A stretch of 64,000 nt of DNA from contig NW_025963779.1 in the NCBI RefSeq assembly GCF_023055435.1, positions 38,440,001 to 38,504,000 on the forward strand, given 5' to 3'. Within the stretch, counting starts at the first letter, position 1. Each line of letters starts with the position of its first letter. The DNA is from Haliotis rufescens. Its lineage: Eukaryota. The translations under genes were made by a program, and so were the position numbers. Below are positions 41,420 to 54,884 of the stretch, one piece after another. The notes beneath the pieces are model-generated. The model saw only the letters and a program-made list of their open reading frames with translations. It was not told the origin of the DNA and did not search any database.

Positions 41420-41855
41420 GCGTTATCACTATCCCCCGCCATGAGGCACATTAGAAGTTTGTTTGTTCATATAGCAGTGAACATAAACTATAAAAAAGAG
41501 CCCAATACAGCCTTAAAAAGAGATATCAACTTGGGCCATTTTTTGTCATCAGAAAAAATGATTTAATATGAAATTAATACACACAAAAGGCCCTTTCTCT
41601 GAAACAAATAACTCAGTGTTGATAAGTATCTCTTTGATAAGCTTACTTCAGTTGTTTCTCAGAAAACTTGCGCCCATTGCACAAATAACATGGCACCAAG
41701 TTGAAAAATACATGGCAAGGGCCATAACTCTGTAAAAAATTAATTGACAGGACCGATTTTCAAACTCAGTCTTGACAAGTATCTCTTAGATAAGCATGCT
41801 AAGTTTCATTCGTGTAAGTTCAGCAGTTTCAGAGAAAACTTGTCCCGATTTTCAA
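41420..41855. mobile_element. Helentron/HINE-like element fragment with two internal core repeats
   Basis: Contains the aagggccataactctg motif recalled from molluscan HINE-type cores. The block aactcagt.ttga.aagtatctctt.gataagc occurs twice. Confidence 0.5.
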
Positions 41856-41857
41856 AG

Positions 41858-42300
41858 TGATGTCATAATGATCATCACATTTTATGAAGTGATATCATAA
41901 TGACCATCATCACAGTTTATAAAGTGATATCATAATGATCATCTCATTTTATGAAGTGATATCATAATGATCATCATCACATTTCTTGAAGTGATATCAT
42001 AATGATCATCACATTTCTCGAAGTGATTGATATCATAATGATCATCATCTCATTTTACGAAGTGATATCATAATGATCATCACATTTTACGAAGTGATAT
42101 CATAATGATCATCACATTTCTCGAAGTGATATCATAATGATTATCACATTTCTCGAAGTGATATCCTTTTGATCATCACATTTCGTGAAGTGATATCCTA
42201 ATGATCATCATATTTCTCGAAGTGATATAATCATCATCATCATCATAGTCTTATCATTGATATCATAACAACCACTTGCGATTTAATCACTGATATCATT
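41858..42300. repeat. ~32-bp palindrome-rich minisatellite (tgatatcataatgatcatcacatttctcgaag)
   Basis: About 12 copies, decaying into (atc)n. Confidence 0.9.
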
Positions 42301-43739
42301 ATAGCTCAGCATAGTTTACACTGTGATCCAACCAGTCACAAACGCTACTTTACAGTGGTCCTATTAAGCGATAATTAACTGACCTGGTGTGTTTAACAAA
42401 GTGACTCATCAACACAAAATGCTAATTATGACACAGCCACTATCAACAAGGTTAGGGAAGGACAGAAGTATCAGTTATCAAGGACTGTTTCAAGCATCAC
42501 ACAGTATTTGATGGGGTGCTAAATGCTCACCAAATCAGCCCCATTGAAGATGATTGATGTCACTGACTTAAATTTACTTGACAAAGAGATCACATTATCT
42601 AAATTTCAGCAATCAAATGCACTTTGGAAGTTGTCCAGACGATCCAATCTCATACATTTGGGAAAATGGTGTTGTAAAATGTTTACTTTTAAACAACTTT
42701 GATAATCTAATTTTAGTCAAATCTTGCTTCCCTTCAAACTGCTCCTGAGGACATCAAAGAAAACCAAAAGCAGTTTGTAGATATCCAAGAATTCTTAAAC
42801 TAGGAGTCGTTTTATCACGCCATCAAAGGATCTGTTTTGATACAATTAAGAAGTTGCCTGAAGGATAAGAGAAATTATTTTGAAATGAAGCCAGAGCCTC
42901 GTTAATTATTGGTGTTGCATGATCTGTGGGCCTGTTGTCGACATTGATCTGTAACGTACAACCTGTGGTGGGAATTGCACTTCTCAGGGTAATCAACAAA
43001 TGGTGCCTGACTCAAGCATTAATGCTGCCTTCCAGACAGAGGGATGGATGAGAGGCTTCGCTGACCACTGACTCATGACTACCTGATTCTTTGTCCACCA
43101 TCTCGGTTGGGCAGAATACTCACGACTATTTAATGTTGTGCCACGAAACCATGCAGTGATAGGGAAGCTGGGATTACTGAACCAAACAAAACTGGATCAA
43201 GGTCAAATAGTCTGCAAGAAGAAGTCCCTTGGCGCCCTGACAATATTCTTGTCAATTATTAATTGCCATTCATTCTTTCTCAAAATTGTACCATTTTTTA
43301 ATACCACAACTTGTTCATCAACAAAGTGCTTAATCTCTGCAAATTTAATGAATTGTCACAAATAGAATTGTGTGGCCCAAAACACTTAGATCAGAGCTTC
43401 AAAGTGATTATTCTAGTATCAAGCTACATAACAGTAACCACTGGTATTAATGTTTACAATGGGATAAAGTAGGTGCATAATTCATGGGGCAATTATATCA
43501 CAAAAAACTCCAATTAACACTCTCCATTGCCCTACATTGACATCATTAAAGTGCTGACTTGGATGAAAATGACATTTATACACAAATACCAGTTAATAAG
43601 CATTATCTACAAGACTGGAATGTATGCTACACTCTGTGCAAAGGCTGTCTGCACACTACTGTCACTCCTTCACATAACACCAAACATAATCCTCATATAA
43701 ATAATGGCACTGTCGTTCACCTGTATATGTAGTTTATAC

Positions 43740-43846
43740 TCATGATGTCATTCACTGGATGGTCTGGTCCAGACTTGATTATTTACAGACTGACGTCATA
43801 TAGCTGGAATATTGCTAAGTGCAGTGTTAAACAACAAACAAACAAA
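43740..43846 (+). mobile_element. 3' fragment of SINE family 1
   Basis: ggtctggtccagacttgattatttacagac...gctggaatattgct...(aaac)n. Confidence 0.8.
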
Positions 43847-44839
43847 CTAAGTTGTTGTCAGCAGTCATATTGAAATATGTTATGTGTAAGTACTAAACTG
43901 TAATGATTATAACAAAGTATGATGTGAACTGTTTGAATGGCATTCAAGAAGATGGTGTGTTCTATGATGTCATCACAAGAAGAACCATACATGCCACAGC
44001 TCCATCAGTCTGGCACTGTCAGAAAAGATGTTTACAAAGTCAAACATGCATTTAAAGAAAATTTGAGAGCTTTGTCAAAACAAGGTCAAAATGTAAAACT
44101 TAACAAAAAGCAGAACATCTATTTGAGTTCCACAACCAACTAAAGGCAACATTTCATTATACTCTAAACATAAATGGCAGGTCAAAGGCCATAAATAGAT
44201 TCTTCAATAGAGCTGCCATGGAGGTACATCTCTTGAACACAAAGGGGTGTCATTTGTTCAATCACTGTTGGGAACAAGCGTGTGATGTTTCCGTTTAACT
44301 AGTCCAGTGGTGTCTGAGGAGACAAACAGCCCATGACATAAGCTCACTTGACTTTTAGTCAGGTGAGCAAATAACAAATGTTGTGTCATTATGTGATCAT
44401 AGACAGACAGACCTGCCTTAAAAAATGGTAAATTCCTTTCATAGAACTGGAGGAATTCTATTCATAAATCTGAACAGCTTGTCCAAAGACTGACAGATAT
44501 ATTTTCATGTTTACATGTACTGCTAAGCACTGCAAACAAAACACACATCCTACAGAATAGCTGCAAGACAACTGCAGTTCATCATAATAAGCTTTCACAT
44601 CTTTACACTGGAAATATGCCACAAACAACTTTCCGTTCATTCTGTTGGAAGGAAACAACACTGGCTTTCATTATATTTTGCTCTACCTAATGGAAATTTC
44701 TTTCGATGGACCCATTTACATAAAATAAGTGATCCTTATGAATGTTGAGTATTCAGGTGTCTGCAGAGCGACAGAGGGCTAATTGTACAATCAAACATAG
44801 AAAGTTTACAAGAACATAGTACTTGTGCTGGACACTCAC

Positions 44840-44951
44840 CTGGAATAGCTTCAAGTAGGACAAGTCAGAGTGCTCATCCAGACTGTCAGTGAGGGTGTCC
44901 ACGCTTACGTAGGGGTTCAGCTCAGACAGGCGGGAACAGCAGGCCTCAGCT
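44840..44951 (-). CDS. UBA6: E1 ubiquitin-activating enzyme (UBA6-like), internal exon A (112 bp)
   Basis: cacag|A-GCT...CAG|gtgagt. Encodes (R)AEACCSRLSELNPYVSVDTLTDSLDEHSDLSYLKLFQ, with the E1 ELNPYV motif (human UBA6 recalled as RAEAVLKHIAELNPYVHV...DLSFLDKYQ). Confidence 0.93.
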
Positions 44952-45837
44952 CTGTGGGTGAAAAGCAACCTCTACATTCTGTTGTTAGTATCAGTGAGGG
45001 AGGGAGGGAGGGAGGGAGGAAACGAGCATCATAATGCTTCATGAGTTTTTTTTCATTTAAGAAATGTACTGAATATGTCAATAGTATGAATTATGCAGTG
45101 AGAACCAGGGTGTGACCAGAACATTCCGCGGTCTTATGGCCTATGGTGTTCCCCAATCAGAAAACCCTGTTTCCCATTTGCAGCAACTACCATCAAATGA
45201 TGATTTACATAATGATGAATAGTTCAGAGTTCAAAACAAGTACAAGTAACAATATAAGGCATACATAATTTTTCTAAAATTGTACATAATTACATGAAAT
45301 CTCTCATTATGATTGCAATTATTTCATCAACAAACACATTGTTGAATGCCACCTGAAGAAGCCACTGTTGTACCAGGAATGCTTATCAGAAACATGCATC
45401 CGATGTTGACCACAACTAAGTGATGTTCATCTGTCCAGACTCAAGCACATTACAGCAGATACTGATCTACTGGGTGTACACTTGCACAATGTGTCAATCC
45501 AGCACCAATAATTACATTATCTGACAGAAATATAATAACGTTAATAACACAACCCAGGCCAGAGCACAGTAACTAGGTAACAGCGACAATGTGGCCATTA
45601 TAGGATGCAAGAGCTTTTCCAACATTGATTACTAATTAGAGATAATCCAGTGCTCCAATTTGGCCTGAACAAGAGTAAAATAATAGATGTTAGTGGCAAC
45701 CAAAATAGGCTGCAGGTGAGTAATTGTTCTGGCAGGACTGTAGGACTACTCAGGAGTATGAATGGCAATTAAGAATTATCTTCTTGCAGCCATGTGGTGA
45801 TCCCGTCATGCCAGGATGTAAACCAGGTATCCATGTA

Positions 45838-46163
45838 GTGAGTGAGTGAGTGAGTGGTGCGGTGCGATGCGTGTGTGTGTGCATACAGAGTCCATGCTGT
45901 GCATCCATGCTGTGCGAGTGACTGCTTGTACTAGTCCGGCTGATTTTATAGTGCTAGCCCAATGAGATCCCATTCTGCAGCTTAACATGAATACCCCACT
46001 CACACACAGTATACTGACTCCGAGCCGACCAGTCTTTGTTTTATCCCTTAATGAAGCGCAGACAGGGTAACAACAAGTACCATCTTTTAATGTCTTTTGG
46101 TATGACGCATACTAGGATCGAACCCCCGACCTTCCATGCATGGGGAGGACGTCCTACCATTAG
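45838..46163 (-). mobile_element. tRNA-headed SINE with Meta-like central domain
   Basis: B-box ggttcgatcc on the minus strand, central gactggtcggctcggagtcagtata, and a (tcac)n tail. Confidence 0.7.
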
Positions 46164-46904
46164 AAATGGATATTATTTACATCCATTCTTATTTTTTAAT
46201 GAAATGGCAAAATCCTGCTAATAACCTTAATGTTCCTAATCATCTGTGCAGGAACAATGGTTTCCAGAAATTCAGTAAATTCATCAGCAGATTTTGACAC
46301 ATATCGCTTACCAAATTACTTCCTTCTGCCTAAAAGATTCCCTGAATTACATTATAAAAACATGCATATATTAACTATATTTTCTGTCATTCACCAAATG
46401 GTTTTATACATCAGAGGACATGGAATCTAAGTTGAAACATGTAAAACCAGTTCAACTGTTCAAGATCCTTGACTCCAGATCTGAATTTAAATGACTTTGG
46501 CACCATTGCAAACAGAACCACATCCTGAAATCAATAGAAAAACGATAACCCCCCTGTCTGGAAGAATAATTGATGCACCAAGATGGGTGATGTTCCGCAA
46601 CAATCCTCATCTTCAACATCATAAAATCAAGAGGCTTTTCTACACAAGCAAATTGGCACTAGCAAGAGTCAGAGTCAGTTTGTCAAAAAGAAAGTAAAAG
46701 GGTCATTAGAACATCAGGACTTGTATTTCCTTATGTTTATAAGGCTATTCAGACCAGTAAATATTTCAGGCTAATTTGCATCCCTGCAGTTTTCACATAA
46801 CAAGCACAATGTTAATTTGTTACAAACACAATCGCAGCTAGAAAATCAGGCAGATCTGATGGAATAGGCAGAATAGGCCGGGTGAGCAAGGATATCCTTG
46901 ACCA

Positions 46905-48675
46905 GAGGACAGAATATCACTGCCGGGGAAACTGAGAATATTATACACCAGGGAAACTGAAAATATCACACCCAGGGAAACTGAGAATATTATACACCAG
47001 GGAAACTAAAAATATCACTTCCGAGGAAACAGAATATAATACACCAGGGAAACTGAAAATATCACACCCAGGGAAACTGAGAATATCATACACCAGGGAA
47101 ACTAAGAATATCACTGCCGAGGAAACAGAATATTATACACCAGGGAAACTGAAAATATCACACACCAGGCAATCTGAGAATATCACAGTCGGAGAGACTG
47201 AGAATATTTTACACCAGGGAAACTGAGAATATCACTGCTGAGGAAACTGAATATATAATACACCAGGGAACATGAGAATATCACAGCCAGGGAAACTGAG
47301 AATATTATACACCAGAGAAACTGAGAATATTTTACACCAGGGAAACTGAGAATATCCCTGCTGGGGAAACTGAGAATAACATACACCAGGGAAACTGAAA
47401 GAATTATTCACCAGGGAAACTGAGAATATCACTGCCGGGGAGACCGATAATATCCTCGAGTATGAAAACTGATGATATCATAGACTGGGGAGACAGGGAA
47501 TATTATTGCCCAGGAACACTGAGAATATCATTGAGTAGGAAGGCTGAAAATATCATAAACAGTGAGACTGAGAATAACATTGACAGGGGAGACTGAGACA
47601 GTGAGAGAATCATTGACTGCAGAGACTGTAAAGGTTATTGACCAGTTAGACTGGAAATATTATTAAGCAGGGAGACCTAGAATATCATTGGCTGGGGATA
47701 CTGAGAAGGATATTGACCAGGAAGACTGGGAATATCATGTAGTTGGGAGACTGAGGATATTGACCAGGAAGACTGGGAATATTATGTAGTAGGGAGACTG
47801 ACAAGGATATTGACCAGGAAGACTGGGAATATTATGTAGTAGGGAGACTGAGAATGATATTGACCAGGAAGACTGGGAATATTATGTAGTAGGGAGACTG
47901 AGAATGATATTGACCAGGAAGACTGGGAACATTATTTAGTAGGGAGACTGAGAAGGATATTGACCAGGAAGACTGGGAATATTATGTAGTAGGGAGACTA
48001 AGAAGGATATTGACCAGGAAGACTGGGAATATTATGTAGTAGGGAGACTGAGAAAGATATTGACCAGGAAGACTGGGAATATTATGTAGTAGGGAGACTG
48101 AGAATGATATTGACCAGGAAGACTGGGAATATTGTTTAGTAGGGAGACTGAAAAGATCATTGACCAGTGGGGTGGGAATATTATTGAGTAGGGAGACTGA
48201 GAAGGATATTGACCAGGAAGACTGGGAATATTATTGAGTAGGGAGACTGAGAAGATCATTGACCAGTGAGACTGGGAATATTATTGAGTAGGGAGACTGA
48301 GAAGGATATTGACCAGTGAGACTGGGAATATTATTTAGTAGGGAGACTGAGAAGATCATTGACCAGTGAGACTGGGAATATTATTGAGTAGGGAGACTGA
48401 GAAGGATATTGACCAGTGAGACTGGGAATATTATTTAGTAGGGAGACTGAGAAGATCATTGACCAGTGAGACTGGGAATATTATTTAGTAGGGAGACTGA
48501 GAAGATCATTGACCAGTGAGACTGGGAATATTATTGAGTAGGGAGACTGAGAAGGATATTGACCAGTGAGACTGGGAATATTATTGAGTAGGAAGACTGA
48601 AACAAATACTGACTGGGGAGACATTGAGAAGGTCATTGACTGGGCAGACTGAGAAGGTCATTGACTGGGCAGACT
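46905..48675. repeat. ~25-bp minisatellite grading into a ~50-bp dimeric unit
   Basis: ccagggaaactgagaatattataca monomers, then gggagactgagaaggatattgaccag..agactgggaatattat..agta dimers. Confidence 0.92.
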
Positions 48676-49774
48676 GGTTCACTTTCATCAAATTCCCTCT
48701 GTGTCTTCACTGTGGGGGAAATATTCCACAGAATAATATCCAATTGTTGTGGCTGGGATATATGTTTGTCCAAGTATGATCAACAAATAACCTCATATAT
48801 ACAGTTGTGAAATTTTTGGGAACATATACCAAGAACCTGTAATATGTGAAAGCATCCACTGCTTCACACTTGAACCTTCCATTCCTTTAACTGGCAAGTG
48901 ACAAAATTAACAGGAATACTCTTACCCAGCCATTTTCTCAGTGGAAATATATACACACAACAGCTTGACATTTCCTAAATAGTTTGGAGAAAACCAGGCA
49001 ATGATACACTTCCTACATGGAATACAGTGTTGCGCTTGTATAACCATAAGTCTGTATTCATACACTGATGCTTCCTCAACCTCCACCATAAGAGGATAAT
49101 TATGGGCACTGTTAATGGCCTAATCATCTCAGAAACATTAAGCACAATACATTATCCTAAGTGAACTTGTGATAGATTAATTAAGGCCAAAGCCCCTAGA
49201 GTGTCTCTGGATGGAAAAGAGAACACTGTAATAATTCCCCTTGGTCATCCCGAGCATCATACAAGTTGGAACACTTCCAGGAATATCTTCAGTCTGCAGT
49301 GCTGAAGTCATTTTGGACACACTTGGACGAAAGTAATCTATATTTATCATTGAATGGGATTAAGGATTTTAGTTGTCAAACAATTATTTTAGCATGATGG
49401 ATATGCTAACTAGCAGTGTCTGCATCATCAACTTTGAAATGATGCAAGAGCTGTGGCTCAATGTATTGTCAGCTGTTTCAAGAATTAACTCACAGAACTT
49501 GACATTTACAAACTACAGATGTAGAAGAATATTTGTGCAATGCTTCACTAGCCCTGTAGTAATAAGAAATAAGTCAAGGTTGGCTTGTTGATTGATGGGA
49601 TAGTTATACTTGGGTAGGCTTTGGCTGACATTCCAATGACATGTTTCTGATATGGGCCTTTGAAGGGTTTTTTAAGGCTTTATTCCTGGGTAGAACTCAG
49701 GGTGCCGGTATGCCACGCTTCTTGTGGGAGCACACCTCCTGGGGATTGGGTGGACATAATGGCTGGCATGAATA

Positions 49775-50030
49775 AAAGTGAGTGAGTTTGGTTTAATGTT
49801 ATTTTGAATAGTATTTCAGTTATATCCCAGGATGTCAGTGTGATGTGGGAGAAAAACCTGATGCAGGTTTTTACTACTTTGGTGAAACCCACAAACATGG
49901 ATATGGTGCTGACAAACCTAGAAACATAAATAGGGCGAATCTTATATTTGAAAAGACAATCATAGGTTTCTGGCACACCTAAGCGACACAACTCTGAATG
50001 TCCATTGAGGCAACTTAGACGATGGGCCAC
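49775..50030 (-). mobile_element. Old SINE-like repeat
   Basis: Similar to 1195-1422 and 3170-3420. Confidence 0.5.
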
Positions 50031-50379
50031 CATGAAAAACAATCACTTGGGAGAGTGCCACAATGAGAGGGTGCCACAATCAAAGAATTACTCTCAGCAT
50101 TGCCTTAAAGCCCCATCTGCGGTAGTAACTACAGCACTCTAGTGGGCGGAGCTTGTACAAGTGATTTGACAGGTCAATATGACGTCATGATAACACATAC
50201 ATTTCATTGGCTAATGCGTAAACGGGTGACGTCATGTAAACACCCACCCACGTGGGTCGTTTGACAACAAGGACGTAAGTTTTAATGGTAATATAAATAT
50301 CTACCAAACGATTCCAAGACTTTTCAACAAACGCGTACGTCTTTGGTTTCGAAACCTACCTGCCATGTAGTCTTCACAT

Positions 50380-51640
50380 CTTCATAAAATGATACCGTGG
50401 AATGTCCACGATTTATCCAACACACAAATTATAGTTCTAGATCTTTGGACTAGAACGAAATACATTTGTCGTGATGCATATGAGCAGTGTAAATGAAGAA
50501 ACATAATATGTGTTGGGGCAACAATCGCTATCCTGTGGTGTACGGTATATCTGCAGTTTATAAATAGCATTTCTCACAATATATACAGTAATCGGTGATT
50601 TCAACAATGTTTTTCTTTGTTGTGTTCGTCTTGCCTCATCTGGAATCTGGATGACAACGATCGTGTAAAAAACCCTGGTAATGGTCAAAAATATTTTCAA
50701 GTGATCAAAGTAGTTTCTTGTTGTTTTTTCATTGCCCAATAGCAATGTATTTTGGCAAAGTCTCACTTGTCCGATGAAGCTCCTCATGCCGAAGTAACTC
50801 GATCCGTGAAACTTGGTGGGTCCCAGTGACCCAGATCCCTGTTGATTGGCATGCCAAGTGTCATTTGCATAAGGCCATCCATATTTTTTGTATGTGTTTC
50901 TCCCCTCAAGCCTCAACTAATCAGAGACCGGGCGGACGAAATAAAATATATCACTTATCAAAACATGACTTTCAATAATTGTGTAAGTTATTTGATGACA
51001 TTTTAAAAAAAAGGTTCAACACTTGGTACTAGAATCTAGTCTATGAATTAATTTATGATGTAGATCGATTCGCTTTGCTTCGGAAACGAATTTTTAATAA
51101 ACAACGGAACAAAGATAAAGTTGACCTGGTTCTTTTATGACGGTGCAATTGTAGATCTAGTAGTATTTCTTTTATTGGATCGGTGCGCAATTTTCCACAG
51201 CGGCAGCAAAATTGAGACACGAAGACATTACCTTATTTCACGTCGGAATGGAGATAAAAATATTCAAATACGGACAGCCTCACAGACTTCGAAACGATGT
51301 TCAGATAAATATATATTTGTTCACATTAATTCTGTCATGTGCGTGAAAATGGGTTTCAACATTACTTTCATCAAGCTTACATTCAGGTCGCTGGCTACTT
51401 CGGCATTAACACATGTTTTGTCTCGAAGCTCAAAGCAACAATGTTTCTCTCAGATACATTTTTCTCTCCATCCATGACGAACATCTGTCATAATGTCAAT
51501 GCCTAAACATTCCTGGGCAGCTGATTTCAACAATGTAATACACACGGCCTCATTAACGGCATCATCGCAAAGATTCCTTCCAAATACCCACCACGTGATC
51601 AGGGTTACGACCTTGGGATAAATTAATAAATTATTTTGCA
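50380..51640 (-). pseudogene. Frameshifted transposase remnant of the Kolobok-like element
   Basis: Colinear fragments in changing frames: GIDIMTDVRHGW, NDTWHA, HEEL, SLENIFDHYQG..HDRCHPDSR, AIYKLQIYRTPQD..TYYVSSF, and HDKRISF in the short copy. Confidence 0.65.
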
Positions 51641-51958
51641 TTTTTAGAAAAGATTTGTTTTCGTGAATATTATTTTTTTTTAAATATCCTGTACATGGTA
51701 CTTTTGGATTGCACTGGGCATTTCTTTTATTACTTTCTAAAACTTTTTATTTTCGCCTTTCCGACAACGCGATCTCCTAGCAACCACGCCCCATGAGCGC
51801 ATCGAGTTGCTGCTTACAACTGTCAAGAACTTTGCAATTTCGCTTGTCTTCAATATGAGCAACAAAACATTTTCATGTGAAGCCTAATTTGACGAAGAAT
51901 TGTTCGAGATAATCAGGGAGCCTTAGGTAATTTCGATTATGACATTGGTGACTTTATC

Positions 51959-52451
51959 GTGGAGAAAGTTCCAATTCAAGATGACATCATTCCGATTCAC
52001 AACTCGAATCGACAAGATGGCGCCTCTCTTCCCGCCCTTGCAAGTGCAACAGAAACTTTGATAAATTCAGTGCCGATTCTTGGGATTAGTGAATCAGTGT
52101 CACAGCTAGATTTCATTGTGGAACCAGATGAAGCCGAATATGTATGTTCACATTTCTTTTGTCAACCATGCGTGACACGGCACAGGCAATCGCAGTTAGG
52201 GAATGGTGCGGCCACCATGTTGCAGAAATTCGTCGATTCGAACACATTGCTTCTGGACTGAGCTAAATAAACGAAATGTTTGGAGAGATCGTAGATACTT
52301 GGACTTGAAGAAACGGAAATAAACGTTGCAGCAGATGAAGGATCGGTGTGGACAAAACGGGAAAGGGATCCCAGATTATATTTTAAAACTTGTGCGCGAA
52401 GTGTATCCAAATACCCCGAACAAAAAATACATGGGACAAGTGTGGATCTAA
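51959..52451 (+). pseudogene. Second-gene remnant with a Cys-rich start and a P2X7 C-terminal (ballast)-like tail
   Basis: CSHFFCQPCVT..., FWTELNKRNVWRDRRYLDLKK, VWTKRER, IPDYILKLVREVYPNTPNKKYMGQVW*, broken by frameshifts and a stop at 52320. Confidence 0.6.
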
Positions 52452-54884
52452 TGATCAAACTCAGTTTTGTGTATGAAAATTCTGTGAAAGAAAAGGAAAT
52501 TCATAATTAAATTAATTCTTGGAATATGTGTATTGGAGTTTTCGTTTATCGTAAGTACAATATTATCTGGATACGCCTTCAGTAGGTCAAAACATCAAGT
52601 ATATTTCGTTACTTATTTACCAGTTGCTTATGTGCATTGTTATGTTAACGTTGATACACGTGACATATTCATCTATTGTAGTCAAGCTGAGAAATATTGG
52701 CGCAACTTCTGGTGCTTCAAATTAGGCCCCTTCCTAAACACTAGTTGAAAAATCTGTGTAATAATTTAGGTTTTATAAATATAAACTGATTATTGTGTGG
52801 CACAAATCTAATTGTTGAATGCAAATGACCAAAACTAAACAAATATCTGTATTTTTCGGATTGAACTCAAAGAATCGCATCGTCAATTTCGTATTTAAAT
52901 ATCGTTACTGTTACATTAACCGAAACTGATGTTCTGCTGCTGTTCTGCCGTAAAAATATGCAACACAATTCACTTTGACCACAAATGCATTGAATGTGTC
53001 ACATGTACACATGACCATGTGCTTTGCTATTTATAGCGCAACCGTAAATAAGCTCCGCCCACTGTGATTGATGCAGACGCCAAACACGATCGATACGATT
53101 TTTTATGATAAAACTACAGAAAATCTATTGACTTATATCTTGATATGGAGCCATTTGTTGTATCCATGGTTTGTCATTCAAGTTGACACGAAGTTTGACG
53201 GTCAATGGTGATCTGGTTCCCTTATGGTTTTCAAAAAACGTCTCCCGACACTCGGTTGTGTTTACATTGTCAGTCATTGTTCGAAACTGAAACAGCGCCA
53301 CCTTGCGGGCTATTTATAGTCAGGGTGGGGCTTTAAGTATATAACTATTCTGATAACATTGACTTTTACTCACACTATCGACCACTGTTACTTTCTGGCC
53401 CACACTTGATTGCTTTAACTATTGCCATGACAACTGTTATGCTGTTGCCTACAGCACAAACTGGTATTCACTCAGGACCCCTGAACACAGGGCTGGATGG
53501 AAACGGTAGGGGAGAAAGTGTTCCCCAGACAACTGGGTGTATGCCTCCACAGAGACCTCTAACCTAATGGGTCGTCCTCCATATGTTCTTCCTATTCCAT
53601 TGTTAACAGTGTGGACATGAAGCAGCTGATGAGTCAAACAGAACCAAGGCTACATCACTGTTTTTATGCCACCCTGATGACAAATTCTCCAACTACAAGT
53701 GCAGGGTTTTGCTAGCTCGCCCCGGAGAGGTGCTGCTGCCAATTACCACATGCTCACATTGGTATTGATGAGTTTAGGAAAACCATTCTGAAGCTCACCT
53801 GCAGCATGCTACACCATATTATCGCAGTAGGTAATAAATAATGGATCATAATGGCACACGCTTACTAACCTATTAAACATGTCATACGCCAAATGTTTCT
53901 TGTTCTTTGTTTAACTTTATAACACATCAATTAGGATTGATCGATGCTGATTTTCTTTACCGAGTTCCGTAAACAAAGTACTTGTCATTAGCAACTCAAG
54001 GACAGGCAACTCAATATTATCGTTGTATGGCTATTGGCTGTGTGGCTATTGGCTCATGTTTTCTGCACGATATGTATTGCCAAACAATCCTTTAAAAATA
54101 TTGTAGTTACTGTAACTTTGAATTTTGCAATCTATAATTGAAAATATAATTACCTAAATATGCCTACAGACAATGACTGTAAAAGAAGTACTATCCTAAA
54201 AATATTAGCTTCGGCTGTGATGCGGCTATCAACCACGGCTATTTCAATCAGAGGGGGTTTATTGTGATTTGAAACCTCTGATTGACCAATCAAACTTGAG
54301 TATTTTCCAAATTCATGGCAGAATTCTTATTAATGGGGTTGTTTACAAACTTCTTCAAGCCCAAGTGCTGCTGCTCCACAATTTGAGCTGGAGCTGAACA
54401 AAACAATCATGTTGTTGCAGGTCTGTTGAGACATCCACTGCAATATGCATAGCATGCAGGTCAGAGACCATGCATTGTGGGCAACAATCAGCACCACACA
54501 TTGTGTCAACACTGTGCCAACCACTGCTGGGAGATAGTCTCACCACATTGTCAGAAATCAATGTCTGGTGCTCCGATTTGGAGCAGGCAACTGTGCATCC
54601 ATACGTATGGCAGTATAGATACTTTGTATGACAGACAATGGGTATGACAGCATATCACAGGACAGACAATGGGAATGACAGCATATCATAGGACAGACAA
54701 TGGGAATGACCACATATCACAGTTAAGACACTACACTAAATATGGATTGACATCTCAGTAGATATGGATGCTCACCACTGTAGGTGTTTATCAGACACAC
54801 TGAAGAGAAAATGAACTTTTAGTTGCTCAAGGTTATACAGTGGGTGGCTGGGTAGCCTCATAATGATGGAATGTGTCGATTGAT

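Larger units (their letters stand above)
50109..53332. mobile_element. Decayed two-gene TTAA DNA transposon (Kolobok-like), 3224 bp
   Basis: TTAA TSDs at 50105-50108 and 53333-53336. AG...CT termini with TIR agcccca/tggggct. Contains two divergent gene remnants. Confidence 0.85.

Noticed and set aside
42540-43350. Possible decayed coding sequence on the minus strand
   Set aside because: Partly open frames but no motif I can identify.
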